This document shows, piece by piece, positions 10,653 to 23,001 of a stretch of 64,000 nucleotides of DNA. The notes beneath the pieces are model-generated. The model saw nothing but the letters and a program-made list of their open reading frames with translations. It was not told the DNA's origin and ran no database searches. The DNA comes from Patellaria atrata CBS 101060 (lineage: Eukaryota). The first letter of the stretch is position 1. Each line of letters begins with the position of its first letter. A program made the translations under genes and the position numbers. The stretch spans positions 1,401,550 to 1,465,549 of the forward strand of contig MU006094.1 in NCBI GenBank assembly GCA_010093705.1, read 5' to 3'.

Positions 10653-12214
10653 ATGGCAGCGGCTCAAGCCTCGCACACCGATACTCAGAGACGTCTCGTT
10701 CTCTGTTTTGACGGTACCGGCAATACCTTTAAGGGGGATGCTTCTGATACCAATGTTGTCAAGATATTTCAGATGTTGGACCGTAAGAATGCGGAGCAGT
10801 TTCATTACTACCAACGTGAGTTTACATTTTTCAACATTGCGCCCTTTGGAGTTTAAAGTTAGGTGGTATACCTATTAACTCGTTTCTTCAGCCGGAATTG
10901 GTACCTACATCGAAGGGAAGGTAGCTACGTCGCAAACCTTACTTAGAAAAATCATCACGAAGATTAGCACTTCCATTGACGAAGCGATTGGAACAACCTT
11001 CGCCGATCATGTCACCGCCGGGTACAGATTTCTCATGCGATACTATGCCGAGGGAGACTCCATCTACATCTTTGGATTCTCACGTGGTGCTTATACAGCC
11101 CGCTTTTTGGCGGAAATGATACACTCCATCGGTCTGCTTTCGCGGGGAAATGAGGAGATGGTTCAACTTGCATGGAAAACGTTCAGCAAGTTCCAACAAA
11201 CTCGAGGTCATACCCCTTTGACCAAGGCGGACCTTGAGCGCCGTGATTATATGGTCAAATTTAAGCAAACTTTCTGCCGTCTCAAGGTCAACATTCATTT
11301 TCTCGGACTCTTTGACTGTGTCAATAGCGTTGGTCAATTCGAGATCCCTCTATTCCGCAAATCTTATGAGGTCATCGCGAAACCTCCGGCAACACATATC
11401 AGACATGCTGTATCCATTCACGAGCGACGTTTGAAGTTCAAACCTGCATTATTCCTCTATGATAATGCCTCACCTCAAAGGGATATCGTCGAGGCGTGGT
11501 TCACCGGGAATCACGGTGATGTCGGTGGTGGATGGAATTATGAAAAAGGGGAAGAACATTTGCTCTCTGATACACCACTTGTCTGGATGGTCAATGAAGT
11601 CCTGCATTTACCAGGCGACAAGGCCAAATTGGCATTCAAGACCACTTCGGTAGAAAAACGAGCTCAAGAAGAAATAAAGTTTCAAAAGGACCTGAAGGCA
11701 ACTTTGACCGCTTCCGTACCCCGGAAACATAACTTTCGCATGCACGATATGCTTAGTTTTGGGATGGGAGTATCATGGTTTGCAACTTTAATGTGGTGGA
11801 TTCTTGGTGAGTTTGTCTACGGTAATGTTCATGGTATCATTTCTAATCCAACTAGAACTTCTCCCCTTCTTTGCGCGCCTCGAGCTTGAAAACGGTAAAT
11901 GGATACCCAGACATTTCCCTCCCAATCTAGGTGCTCCAAGAGATATACCGAAGGGCGCAAATATCCACAAAAGTGTCTACGAGTTACATCAAGCCGGTTA
12001 TCTCACAGACGAGCAATTACCAAAAATGGGAGGCAATAACCCACACATCAATCCTACCGGGGCGCTTTTCGCTTGGACTCAGAAGCGTAGTGCCGCACAG
12101 CAAGCCGCACAGAAAAGTTTGGAGCTTACAAAACCGTTAGCTAATGGAGCTCTAGCGAATGGATTTGCCCATGCGGCAATTCCAAGAGGAGACGTCAAAG
12201 GTCTTACGGGATGA
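10653..12214 (+). CDS. DUF2235 / Tle1-like alpha/beta-hydrolase (putative phospholipase); introns 10816-10891 and 11807-11855
   Basis: Motifs RRLVLCFDGTGN, DTNVVK, YYQ|PGIGTY, FGFSRGAYTAR (GxSxG nucleophile), FLGLFDCVNSV, RHAVSIHERR and EAWFTGNHGDVGGG. Splicing restores the reading frame. Confidence 0.9.
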
Positions 12215-13878
12215 GAGGCTAGTAAGCCCAATCTTGTTGCTGGGATGGAGTCTATCCTCGGAGAAATAACACACTAACTTATTATCCATTAACAAACTTG
12301 CACCGGAAAATGCGTCAGGTGCCCACAATTTGATATCTATCAATCAAATCACTTTCAACATTAATTTATCCGTCGTCTCGAAGCTCAAATATTCTGGCCG
12401 AATGAATATGTTCAATTCATGAGCGAGCAAGTTTTTGATATGTGCCGGTAACACTGAGGTGCTAGTTCAGCTGTGTTGTAACAGTGCGCACGAGGACCTC
12501 CTGAATCAATTGGTAAAGACCTCAGTGGCAAGGGCAGGGTTAAATTTCATTCTTCGTAGCTATCAGAAAGATGATTTTAGAGTATGAAGTTTTGTTATCT
12601 TGCAACCCTGCTTTCAAAATTGTATGGCACTATGGCCATATCCGAGTACCCTTCTAAGGAAACATCGGTTGAAGGTCAATTCGAGCCCTTCCGAAATCAA
12701 TTTTCTGCAGCATAATCCCATAAACCTGCAAGGTGATCCAGATGGGCCTCGGAACAATATGATCTCATGGCAAATATTCTTGATACATCAAAAGTCAAAT
12801 TGATTGTCGAGTAGGGTATTCAGCTGAGCCGCAAGTTCGATTGATAGCTGGGGTGGGCCTAGACGCTATAGACCTTCACGGCACGTAGTCTTCGACATCT
12901 CAGCTTAGTAGAAGTATGGAGAGGTAGATCCTCCCTTGAATTATCAATTTTCCTCGCGTTAGATAGATCCTGGAGAATCCACTTCAGCTAGCCGCAAGAT
13001 GTTGATCGAACAAGGCGATATATCCATTATTGGCCGAACTGTTATACTCTCTGTACGGTGAGCGTACTGCATGCAAGTTCAATATCAAGCGAGGAGATAT
13101 GAGCTTCAATGCAGATCTGTACTCGTTTAGTTGCAGTTTGCAGTTGATAGTTTGCAGTGCAAGAGACCAATTAGGTGATTAGCAAAAGAAATCAACTGTT
13201 TAGGGTGAGTAACTGGCTATAAAGGATTCTGAGGTCAAATCGAGATCGGCAACTACCCGAGTGTGTCATGCTCTGCATTATCGCATACGCCAGAAAACGC
13301 CAACAGCCTGATGGACTGCAGGGTTCACCTTCTGTCTTGGCTTGCATTTCCTTTTTCAGCGGGACGGATCGACCCGGCGCCTATTTGGGTGTGGTAATGA
13401 GGTATCCAGTGGTTGTCTATAAGGTAGGCGAGTCCGTCTGTTCCTTGCCACGTCCAGCCCCTTGCCATCTGTACTCTACTGACTTACTGCAGCTCTCCAC
13501 TTTCTCAGGTCTTAGCTGTCTCTGCAGCTCTTGTAGAATTAGAGCTCACCCCTCTATCATCATACATTCTAGAATCGATAAGGAACACCTTGATTCGTGG
13601 AACGCTCTTGAGGACCGTTCTGTGGCGGGCTGAACCTCTTGTCCCATTTGTCCCGCTTTCAGAATGGGAGAACAGCTCATGAGCTCATTCATCTTGCAGA
13701 GCTGATGGGGACCAGCATGGTACGTGCTCAAGCTTGATATATGTTCCCCTGCGAGTTCGTACAATCAATGCTGAGAAATGGTATAACAGCGAAAGGTCTA
13801 CCTTCGTTCGTTGGAATATTTTACATCCTCACCACCTCGTCATTATTTGCCGAACCGAAAGCTACATTTGCAAGTACA

Positions 13879-15152
13879 ATGGCCCTCGGCGCTACCATCA
13901 GCAAGGTTACCGATATACACCCTCAATCGTATATCGGTGGCTTCCAGTTCAACAATGGAAGAAGCTATGTGAGTACCTCCAGCACAAGTGGTTTAAAACA
14001 ACTGATTAATAGTTTGTAGCGTATCTTCTACCAAACCAAAGCCGGCGTAATGAATGCTGTCGCTACTGACAACTGGGGTGATAGCTGGTATGGAGGAGAT
14101 GGTCAGGCCGTTTCCAATCAAGCCATTGTCCCCACACCGATAGCTTCTTGCATCTACACTGATAAAAATGGCGTAAGATTTCCGCCTTCTCACGTTTCAT
14201 TCACTCCAAAGCTAAATTCGTACCAAGGCTGCGTCTCGCACATTCTACATCGGAAAGGACTACAAAGTTCGCTGCTTCGGTGTCGGATCCTCCGCCGGTT
14301 GGGCAGGTGGAGATCGCGCTGTCAGTGACTTTACCGTGGCTCAGTTTAGCAAAATCGGGGCTTTGAGCTTCATCGACGGCCAGAACCAAGGGCATCTCCG
14401 GTGGGCAACATCCTCCTCTTCCTTTAGCTATGTCTAACTGAGATTGTCCCACTAACCCTACCTCCTGAGATTGTCCTGCTAACCCTACCTGCAGAGTCTA
14501 CGTCCAGGGTCCTGACAGTCGTATACAGGAGCTCTGCTGGGATGGTAATGGTGGAAATCTCACCCTCGGGCATAAGTTTCCCGCCCCTCTGCAAGGCACC
14601 TCTCTCGCGTTCTATAACAAAGCCCCTAAGGGTACTGGTCCTAGCTTCCGCGGCTACTATCAGAACTGGGACAAGACTCTTCTCGAAATCATCTATGAGT
14701 CTGACGGAAAGTCATGGCGTGGAGGTAAATAATCTCACTAAGTGACCCCTCTCATACTTTAATCTAGTGACACTAACGTAAATCCCCTAGGGCCAAGCAT
14801 CAACGGTGGCAAAGCGGTCGACCCAGGCACACACATCTCCGCCTGCGTCTCCTCTACTGGTGCCGAAGCTCAGTACTGGTCTTCTCATAGCGGCAACGTG
14901 ACACAAATCTTCGAGCGCTTCTTCGACAAGACTTGGCACACGTCGCAGGAAGGCCACCCCATCTTGCCCTGCTGCTCCCCAAACAACCCGAGGTTCCTAG
15001 CAACGTGCCATGTCCCGGATAACACGACGCAGACGAGGATCCGCATCTTTTTTGTGGGTGTTAATGGCGGGTTGCATGAGGCGAGGAGAGAGAATGATCA
15101 TTGGGGCTGGGGTGGGCAGAATGGGGGACAGTATACTTGGCAGAAGGTATAG
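13879..15152 (+). CDS. Fungal fucose-specific-lectin-like (AAL/FleA-type) beta-propeller protein, 5 exons, no signal peptide
   Basis: Introns 13969-14019, 14173-14227, 14401-14494 and 14725-14790 give one frame with repeated blades RIFYQ, RTFYIG, LRVYVQGPDSRIQELCWDG, FRGYYQ..LLEIIY..W and IRIFFVGVNGGLHE..W. Confidence 0.7.
14438..14490 (+). repeat. Tandem 26-bp duplication (24/26 identical) of the branch-point region inside lectin intron 3
   Basis: ctgagattgtcccactaaccctacct (14438-14463) and ctgagattgtcctgctaaccctacct (14465-14490). Confidence 0.85.
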
Positions 15153-16021
15153 TGGGTCGGCTCAGACTTTGTTGTGAGGGTTGAGGCCATGAAAGAGGGG
15201 TTTGTTGATTTACAAATACGGTGGTGAGGAAGATGATCTAACTGATGGTTTAGATATATATACGAAAAGGTATTCAAACAATGCGAGAGAGTTGATTTTC
15301 GCAATAGCACAGTGGTTACCACATGTCAGTCAAGTTACGACCTTCGTTGAGCCAGTAGATGGCCTCAATTGAGCAGCCTGTATTAGTCCTAGAATTGAGC
15401 TAATAGAGTGGAGAGGCTTGTCATCGACGATGACTGGACCCGCAGGTACTGAGAGCATCCATGGCATTGAAGTACGGCCACCGCCTGACCACCATGGGGG
15501 GTGAACTTTCGAATTCGAATGAGAGACGTGAGTGGTGAAGAACAAGGACCATGTAGTCCCATATCATGTAATCAGATTCCTTGGATAACACCAATTAGAA
15601 ACGTAGCTAGTCCATAATCTTCTATAGTGGAGAAGCGTTGTCAACTGGCCTTCGGTTAAGGTTACGGCTCCCTTCCAATACCCAAAATAACAACATTAGT
15701 CAGATCAAGTATAGAATTTACTCTAGGGATAGTTTTCGACGCCACGACCTAAAGTAAATCTTCCCTTGAATACTGTTTTGTAATGGTTATCAATGAGAAG
15801 TGAGGTCGAAGTTGGAGTACCATAGTTCTAAAACTCTCGGCCCGTGTTGCGGAGCTGGGAGAAAAGAAGCTCCGTCGATCTTCATTTCTACCTCACAGTA
15901 TCAAATACGTCCGTAAACCATCATCATATGGGTGGATAGGTGCAGAGCGGGCTTCAAATCATCTGAGAGCATAAAGAATTATCAAAACTGATCCAAAGCT
16001 ACAACACCCCTCATCATCAAC

Positions 16022-16987
16022 ATGGAAAGGATCATTATCACTGGGGCAGGCGGCTTTGTCGGCCAACGTCTAGCCTTAGGTTTACACTCGCGTTACCCCG
16101 ATGCGACTCTCGTCCTTGCCGACATCTCTTCCCCAAAGGATCCTTCTCAAGGAAGCTCGGATCAAGTACAATGTGTAGCTTCCGATCTTACAGACCCCTC
16201 GACTTGTACTTCTCTGATTGAGCCCGTACCGGATGCTGTTTACATCCTCCACGGCATTATGTCCAGTGGCTCTGAAGCTAATCTAGAACTCGGTCTGAAA
16301 GTCAATTTCGATAGCGTACGAACACTTTTGGACAAACTTCGTGTGAAGAGTCCAAGAGTGAAAGTCATCTTTTCGTCTTCTTGCGCCGTCTTTGGCAGAG
16401 CAGCGGTCCAGAGAATTGCAACAGAAGCAGATGTCGTTCCGATGCCCGAAAGTTCTTACGGGACTCAGAAACTAATGATTGAACTTCTCATCAACGACTA
16501 CTCAAGACGAGGCCTTATAGATGGTCGTGTAGTGCGTCTCCCCACTATCTTCGTAAGAGCGGGAGCACCTACCGCAGCGGCGTCTTCTTTCGTCTCGGGA
16601 ATCGTACGGGAACCAATGAATGGAGAAAAGAGTATCTTACCCGTGGACCCGAATATTGGTATATGGCTTTGTTCTCCAAGGACTCTTGTCAAGAATTTGA
16701 TACATGCCTTGGAGATTCCCAGAGAGAAGTTCGGCCACTTTCGAACAGTGTTGTTACCCGGTTATACAGCCACAAGTGCAGAGATTCTCGCTTCATTGGA
16801 AGCGATAGCGGGCAAGAAGACCAGAAATCTTGTCGAAGAGAAAAGAGATGAAAGCATACAGCGAATTGTGCTGAGCTGGCCTGCCAAATACGATACTTCT
16901 CGAGCCGCCAAACTTGGATTTTTCGAAGATATTGGATTGGAGCAAACAATCAAAGACTTCGTCAGAGAAAACACCGGGCAAAAATGA
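16022..16987 (+). CDS. Extended SDR, NAD-dependent epimerase/dehydrogenase (D-erythronate dehydrogenase DenD-like), intronless, 321 aa
   Basis: TGAGGFVG Rossmann motif, HGIMSSGSEANLELG, SSSCAVFG, YGTQK (YxxxK) and RLPTIFVRAGAPTAAASSFVSGIVREP. Confidence 0.85.
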   Translation: MERIIITGAGGFVGQRLALGLHSRYPDATLVLADISSPKDPSQGSSDQVQCVASDLTDPSTCTSLIEPVPDAVYILHGIMSSGSEANLELGLKVNFDSVRTLLDKLRVKSPRVKVIFSSSCAVFGRAAVQRIATEADVVPMPESSYGTQKLMIELLINDYSRRGLIDGRVVRLPTIFVRAGAPTAAASSFVSGIVREPMNGEKSILPVDPNIGIWLCSPRTLVKNLIHALEIPREKFGHFRTVLLPGYTATSAEILASLEAIAGKKTRNLVEEKRDESIQRIVLSWPAKYDTSRAAKLGFFEDIGLEQTIKDFVRENTGQK

Positions 16988-17428
16988 ATTCAAGATCCAC
17001 ATAGGTCGGTAGTGTTTACAATTCTACTCTATTATCAACTATCGAAACTTTTATTATTAGCAGTACAGTACTTCCTACTTTTGTCTATGACCCAAACGCT
17101 GGTTAATAATGCTAATTCTCGCACTTTCCGTGCTCCTTCACTATCGATTTTCAATTCCGCATCTTTTTGTGAAAGGGGTCTGTACTTCATTATCGCACTT
17201 AGTATCTACGCTCCCGCATCGCCTTTTCAATATGGATCTCGGGTAACTGCATGACCCATATTCTCCTATGTCAAAAGGCAGTTTGCGGGATATATGATAT
17301 CGGAATGCAAAGAAATCATTACTCATTCATAAACCTTCATACCTTTATGTTGACTCAGCTTGTTCGTGTTATACTAACAGTAAGCAGCATCATTATTAGG
17401 ACATCCAGAGACTATAAAACGGTATTGA

Positions 17429-17483
17429 GCGGGGATCGCGGACCTCACTTACTGTAAGGTACGTTACCCCCAGTAGTCCCCGC
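17429..17483. promoter_or_regulatory. Cluster of three CreA/Cre1-type SYGGRG sites upstream of the GH43 gene
   Basis: GCGGGG at 17429, CCCCAG at 17468 and CCCCGC at 17478. TATA-like TATATAATAAA at about 17537, ATG at 17618. Confidence 0.45.
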
Positions 17484-17617
17484 TCGCAAGATCAGCAGTT
17501 CGGGGTAAATGCATCCGGGGTATAGCTTGGCCTACTTATATAATAAACAACTATATGAACTGCATCAGACCTTTTGTTCTCAGGTACCGTACCTATGATT
17601 CACTTGAGAGTTTTACA

Positions 17618-19512
17618 ATGATTGCACAGCTTTTCTTTTGTGCAATTCTACTGCTCTTAGTTCTCGTGGCAGATGCAAAATGGATCGTCCCCGGTGCTCG
17701 ATGGCGAGATACCGAAGGCAACCTAGTAAACGCTCACGCTGGGGGCGTGACTCTTGATTCAGAAACTGGAAGATATTTCTGGTTTGGGGAGTACAAGGTG
17801 CAAGGACAGGAGGAGGGCGGAGGAGTGTCGGTGTACAGTTCTGAGGATTTAGCGACTTGGAAGCATGAGGGAATGGCTCTCCGTAAGTTCAATATCTTTT
17901 AGTGTATCTTGCTGCATTGTCCACAGTCGACTAATGGGCACAACAGGGCCAATTGAAGGCCACTCCTATATTTCCCCTGAACGTATCATCCAAAGACCAA
18001 AAGTTGTGTACAGTGCAGGGACTGGAAAATATCATGTAAGTGTGTATAAACTTAGGTTACTCCTTCGACTCTGGATTGATTATTATAGATGTGGTGGCAC
18101 GCGGATAATTCAACTTACGGTTGGCTTCTGCAAGGCTTAGCACAGTCGGACAATATTACCGGCCCTTACAACTTCGTAAATGCAACGGCTCCGCTCGGGA
18201 ACTGGTCGCAAGATTTTGGACTTTTCACCGATTACAAGGATGGTAAAGCATATGCTCTGTACTCGAATGGTGATAGACTGGAAGGCCGCGACGTGTATCT
18301 GACTAGCTATAATGATGAGATCACAGCTCTTGATCAGGTTGTACACCGCTTTGATAAGTATGACCTTGAAGCACCTACTATTATTCAGACAGAGAGCAGC
18401 TATTATGCCTTGATGAGCCATAAGACTGGATACAGGCCGAATAGTAAATTGGTCCGACCCTCTCTAGACTCAACTTATTGACATCATTTAGACGTCGTGG
18501 CCTTCCGTGCCGATTCATTGAGCGGCCCCTGGTCACAACCGTTTATCATTGCGCCCCTTAATACACGAACTTACAATTCACAATCTGGTTTCTCTCTGAG
18601 GATCAAAGGGTCGAGGCAGACGACTTATCTTTATCTGGGGGATCAAGTATGTCTAGTTATCTCCACCTAATCAGCGACATACTGATTGCGGTAGTGGGAT
18701 TCGAATTCACTGTGGGAAAGCCGCTACATCTGGCTTCCAATACAGATTGATGAAAGAAAGAAGTCGCTAGAGGCAGTGTGGCATGATGTCTATGACCTCG
18801 ATGTGTGAGTTTCATGGCTGTGCTTTTGTTGTTATAAGTACTGAGTAGTTGCTTTAGGAAAACCGGAGAATGGGAAACTATCAAGGGTAAAACTTACTAT
18901 GGAATAGATAGTACCACCAATGGCGACGCATTCAAGCAAGAAGCGGTGAGTTCTCCTGTACAGTCTGAGCTCGGGCTAGCAGCATGAGGTGCTGATAGTG
19001 AAACAGACTTTTGGAAGTCATGGGGTGATAATCGCCGGTATCTACGGGAATGATAGCACTGTTACCTTTTCTGGAATTGAAGGCTCTGGAAAACCTCAAT
19101 GGGTATCATTCTATTACCAGAGTAAGAGAGCATTGCTAGGGTTTTGGGTTGAAGCAGAGCTGACATACACACCAGACACGGACGACATGGGCTTCGGCGA
19201 TCAACGTAAGGAGATATTCTCATCGAATACATATCCATCACTAACTATTCTGTAGCTGGAGGAAACCCTGATCGAATCGGAGGAACATGGCAACTTCGCC
19301 GCATTTCCAGCGTTGTGGTTAATGGCAACACCTCCAATGTCGAAACCCTATATCAACGCGATACGCACAAAGGAATCATACTCTCGGCCCCACTTCAGCT
19401 TAAACTTGAACGAGGTAATTCTAATACAATTACAATTGGTGGCTTGCACAACGGATTTGATGTCAAAGGTGCAGATATTGATAAGATCGTGGTGTATCCA
19501 CCAGAGGAGTGA
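17618..19512 (+). CDS. Secreted GH43 (subfamily 24-like) exo-beta-1,3-galactanase with C-terminal CBM35-like domain, about 8 introns
   Basis: Signal peptide, IVPGARWRDTEGNLVNAHAGG, YFWFGEYK, VSVYSSEDLATW, QRPKV, LEAP, SHKTGYRPN, TYNSQ, DQWD..RYIWLP; C-terminal NTITIGG..ADIDKIVVY. Confidence 0.85.
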
Positions 19513-19756
19513 ATAATAGGCGATCTGACACTGTAAAGCATAAATTGATAGAAGGGTCAAGTAGTTAGCTTCGATCAGGTAGATTTTAAATTCGCTCTGC
19601 AGAAAAATCATTATCTTGAAATTGCGTCCAAGCTTGTTCTTTCACGTGTTTGTCGCGTGGTGACGCATCCTCCCCTTCCGCGTCGCCAAAAAGAAAAAAA
19701 GTTTGCAACCTTCCAACTCAACCCCAAAATTCCCCAAATCAACCAACGCCTTCACA

Positions 19757-22495
19757 ATGCTCCCAAATCCTCCATCGGGTTCTCAAAAACGGAAATTACC
19801 AGTATCATTTCAACAAAAACCTGATAGGAAAACCTTAAGGCGCATAGATATTCAAAATGCACGCAGGATCGAAACCCAGCCGAGCGCCGGCGCCCTCAAA
19901 TCTGGTTCCCTCGATCTGGGCGCCTTCATTAAGGCCCGCGAGTTCGAGATTCGAGCGCTGGAGGAGGGAATGAAGGTGAACAAGCATCTACTGAGGACGA
20001 GGGCCTTCCAGGATTTACCAAGGGAGTTAAGGAGGAGGACGGCGAGCCATAACAAGGATAGGGTGCCGAAAAGATTAAGGGCGCGAGTCGCGAAAGAGGT
20101 TAGTTGTTTTTACATTCATGGATCTTAGGGAATGTGATCGATTTTGAGGGTCATATTGATGAGTAGCGTATAGATGGCTGAAGATAATACCCCCACAGTT
20201 ACGGCGAGAAGACGGAAACCGAGTGGGCATATGCGACTGAGATTGGAGACGGCGAAGAGACTTGAGGACCTAGGAAAAAGAAAGGAGAAGAAGAAGAAGG
20301 ATAATAAGGAGGGAGATGATCCCATGGAGGGAGTTACCGTCACCAGAAAGAAGGATCAACTAAAACAGGAAGACGCAGAATATATAAAGGCGCGGGTGCC
20401 TAGGGCAAAGAAGAACAAGTTACAATCACCCCCTGTACCCCCGGCAAAGTTTAGAAAACGTCAATTACATAAGGCCTGGTTACCGACCCATATGTTCCAC
20501 GCGAAGAGAGCCCATATGACGCCGCCAAGTGCATCATTGTGGAGATTCTCCATTCCACTCACCCCCACTCAGAAGTCGTACAGGATAACGCATAGAGCCA
20601 GCGTTACGAGGGGTTCTGTCGCCTGGGATATGAGTTATATGGCTACTATCGGACTGGAGGGGCCTGAAATAAGCATGATCAACGTTTTTCGCTGGTTGGG
20701 TGTGGGCGCTGATGTTCCGGACGACCTCTGGGGCCCTCGCGGACATAAATGGCGACGTGGTGTACGTTCATGGAGTGGGTGGTTGTACGAAAGAGGTGGC
20801 TGGCCTGCAAATGGTATTGCCCCTGCGACAGTGATGTGGTGCGTACAAGATCAAGCAGAATCGGATGTAGAGATGAAAGAACCTAGTTCAATGAAAAACA
20901 GTACAGAAAAGAAACGAAAGGCGTTAATTAGGGTTCATCCATCTGCATTTCTGCAAGTCTGGGAACAATTATTGCACTTATGCGCAAGGCCAAAACCTCC
21001 CGTAACCGTGGAAGACTTGAGGTTCGAAATTGGAAGTATTGAGATCACAGGACCAAATTCCACAGAAGCTCTGCTGGGCATATTACATCCATGTGCCCCT
21101 CTTGGGGAGCAATCCCATATATCGAACAGCCCAGAGGATATCTGGTCTGAATTACTTCCAGGACCCACTGCTGCTACTCTCCCTTCAAATGTTCTACTCG
21201 GGTTCAGTATCGCCGATCCCCGTCTCCGGCACCCTCCACGTACTATTCCAATCTCGAATGTCGGGTCTAATAGCGCACTGCTTAATATACTCACCACCTG
21301 GCCTATTGACAACACCCAAAGACCCCAATTGCTCTTCGACCGTAAACTTCGCTATCTTTCAACCCGTTCATACTCCTCCCAGAAATCTATCAACCGCCGA
21401 TACGCCGCATGCCCGCCAGGGCAACAATACCCCACGCCTCTCCCTCATGATCCAGCTATCCCCATTCTCTTGCTTACTACACGTCCCTCCGGTTCCGCTG
21501 GAGGCTCGGGAACCTGGACTCTTATGCTGCCTTGGAAGTTTGTTCTTCCCATCTGGCAAGCATTAATGTACTATCCTAACTCCTGCGGTGGGAATCCACG
21601 GTTTGGAGGTCTGGAGGAGACGAGACAACTTGCATTCGAGGCGGGCGTACCGTGGTTTCCGGGGGATTATCCGATGACGAAAGCAGGAAGGGAATGGAGG
21701 ACGAGGGAAGAGGAGAACAGGAAGAAGGAATGGGAGAAAAGACCCAAGAGTAAGAGGGTCGCATACGAGAGCGTTGATTTAGGTGAGGGACGGAAGGGCG
21801 AGATTGGGATGGGATGGGGTTGTGATTGGGAACGGTTATTACGTGGGTTGGAGCATCCTGTTAAGAATAGTACAGAGGAAGGAGAGCCGGCGCAAAGGAA
21901 ACAACAACCTCATCATTTACCGTCTGCTCTCGCGCAACAATATCTCGACGATCCCTCATCTATTGCCGATCACTCGACCCTCTCTGATGCGCTAGTAACC
22001 GTCAAACTTAGCCTCCTAACTCGCGGCGCACCCAAATCAAACGCTCGGATCTACCGTCTCCCGACCGATGACTCTTCCCTTCGTGCTCGATGGCTCGCTC
22101 TGTTACCATCCAATCGTGAAAAATCTTCCTTAAGACCCCCGAAAAATGCAATGAACCGCAACCACCTTAATCCTAACCCTAAGAAGCAACATCTCTACCA
22201 TCGCGCTATCGCGTCCTCGATCCTAGACGGTCCGCCCAAACCAGGAGCGAAGGAGTACCCGCACGTCCCGGGAGAAGTGGATCTGATCGGTTTCGTCACA
22301 ACCGGGAACTTCAACCTGGGTGAGGGCCGGGGAAGTGGGATCGGGTGTATAGTTCTGGGAAGGGTTGCGGGAGTGCGGCAGGGGGAAGTTGGCAAGGGCG
22401 AGAAGGGAATAGGGAAGAGAGAGGAGAGCCGGATCTGTATTGTTAGGGATAGTGGTGAGAGTGTTGGGAGGCTGGCGAAGTGGGATATCGTATGA
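19757..22495 (+). CDS. POP1: RNase P/MRP protein subunit Pop1; intron 20099-20173
   Basis: FIKAREFEIRALE, RAFQDLPRELRRRTASHN, FRKRQLHKAWLPTHMFHAKRAHM, WDMSY, PWFPGDYP and LIGFVTTGNFNLGEGRG. Confidence 0.95.
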
Positions 22496-23001
22496 GTGGA
22501 AGTGGTTCCAATGGTGAATGTCAATATGGTAGCTTCAAGCACTGTGCACCCTCTGCGCACTTTGGATCGTTCGTATACTAGGTTATATTGCTATTGCTTT
22601 ATTGAATAATGATTATATCGTTTGAAATGGAGCAATTCAATCTATGTTCGAATCCATTCGAGCTCCTTTATATCTGATCATTTCAAGAGATTTGATAGAA
22701 CCTTACCTTGGGCCGCTTGGCCGATAAGGAGGGGCAAACTCATGGAACGAGGGGCTTGTTTACAGAGATGTTCGACGGACCTGCGACTTCCCGCGGACTC
22801 TCCGATATGGTTAGCGCCTTGTGGAGAATAGAGAGGGTAGATCTCCCAGGGCCCTATGCAAAGGATGAAGATCGTGGATCATATCTCATTACGATATATG
22901 TGTAGACAGTATATATGTTCTCTGGACTACAGTACGACTAATACCGTATTTTCTAAATCCGCAATGTGCAATGGTCACACATAAAGCCCCCAAATAGATT
23001 A

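Noticed and set aside
16022..16987. Horizontal transfer of the intronless, bacterial-like SDR
   Set aside because: Composition looks similar to neighbouring genes and lack of introns is weak evidence. A phylogeny would be needed.
22640..22665. GTTCGAATCC T-loop-like sequence suggesting a tRNA
   Set aside because: No flanking T-stem, acceptor stem or A box could be formed.
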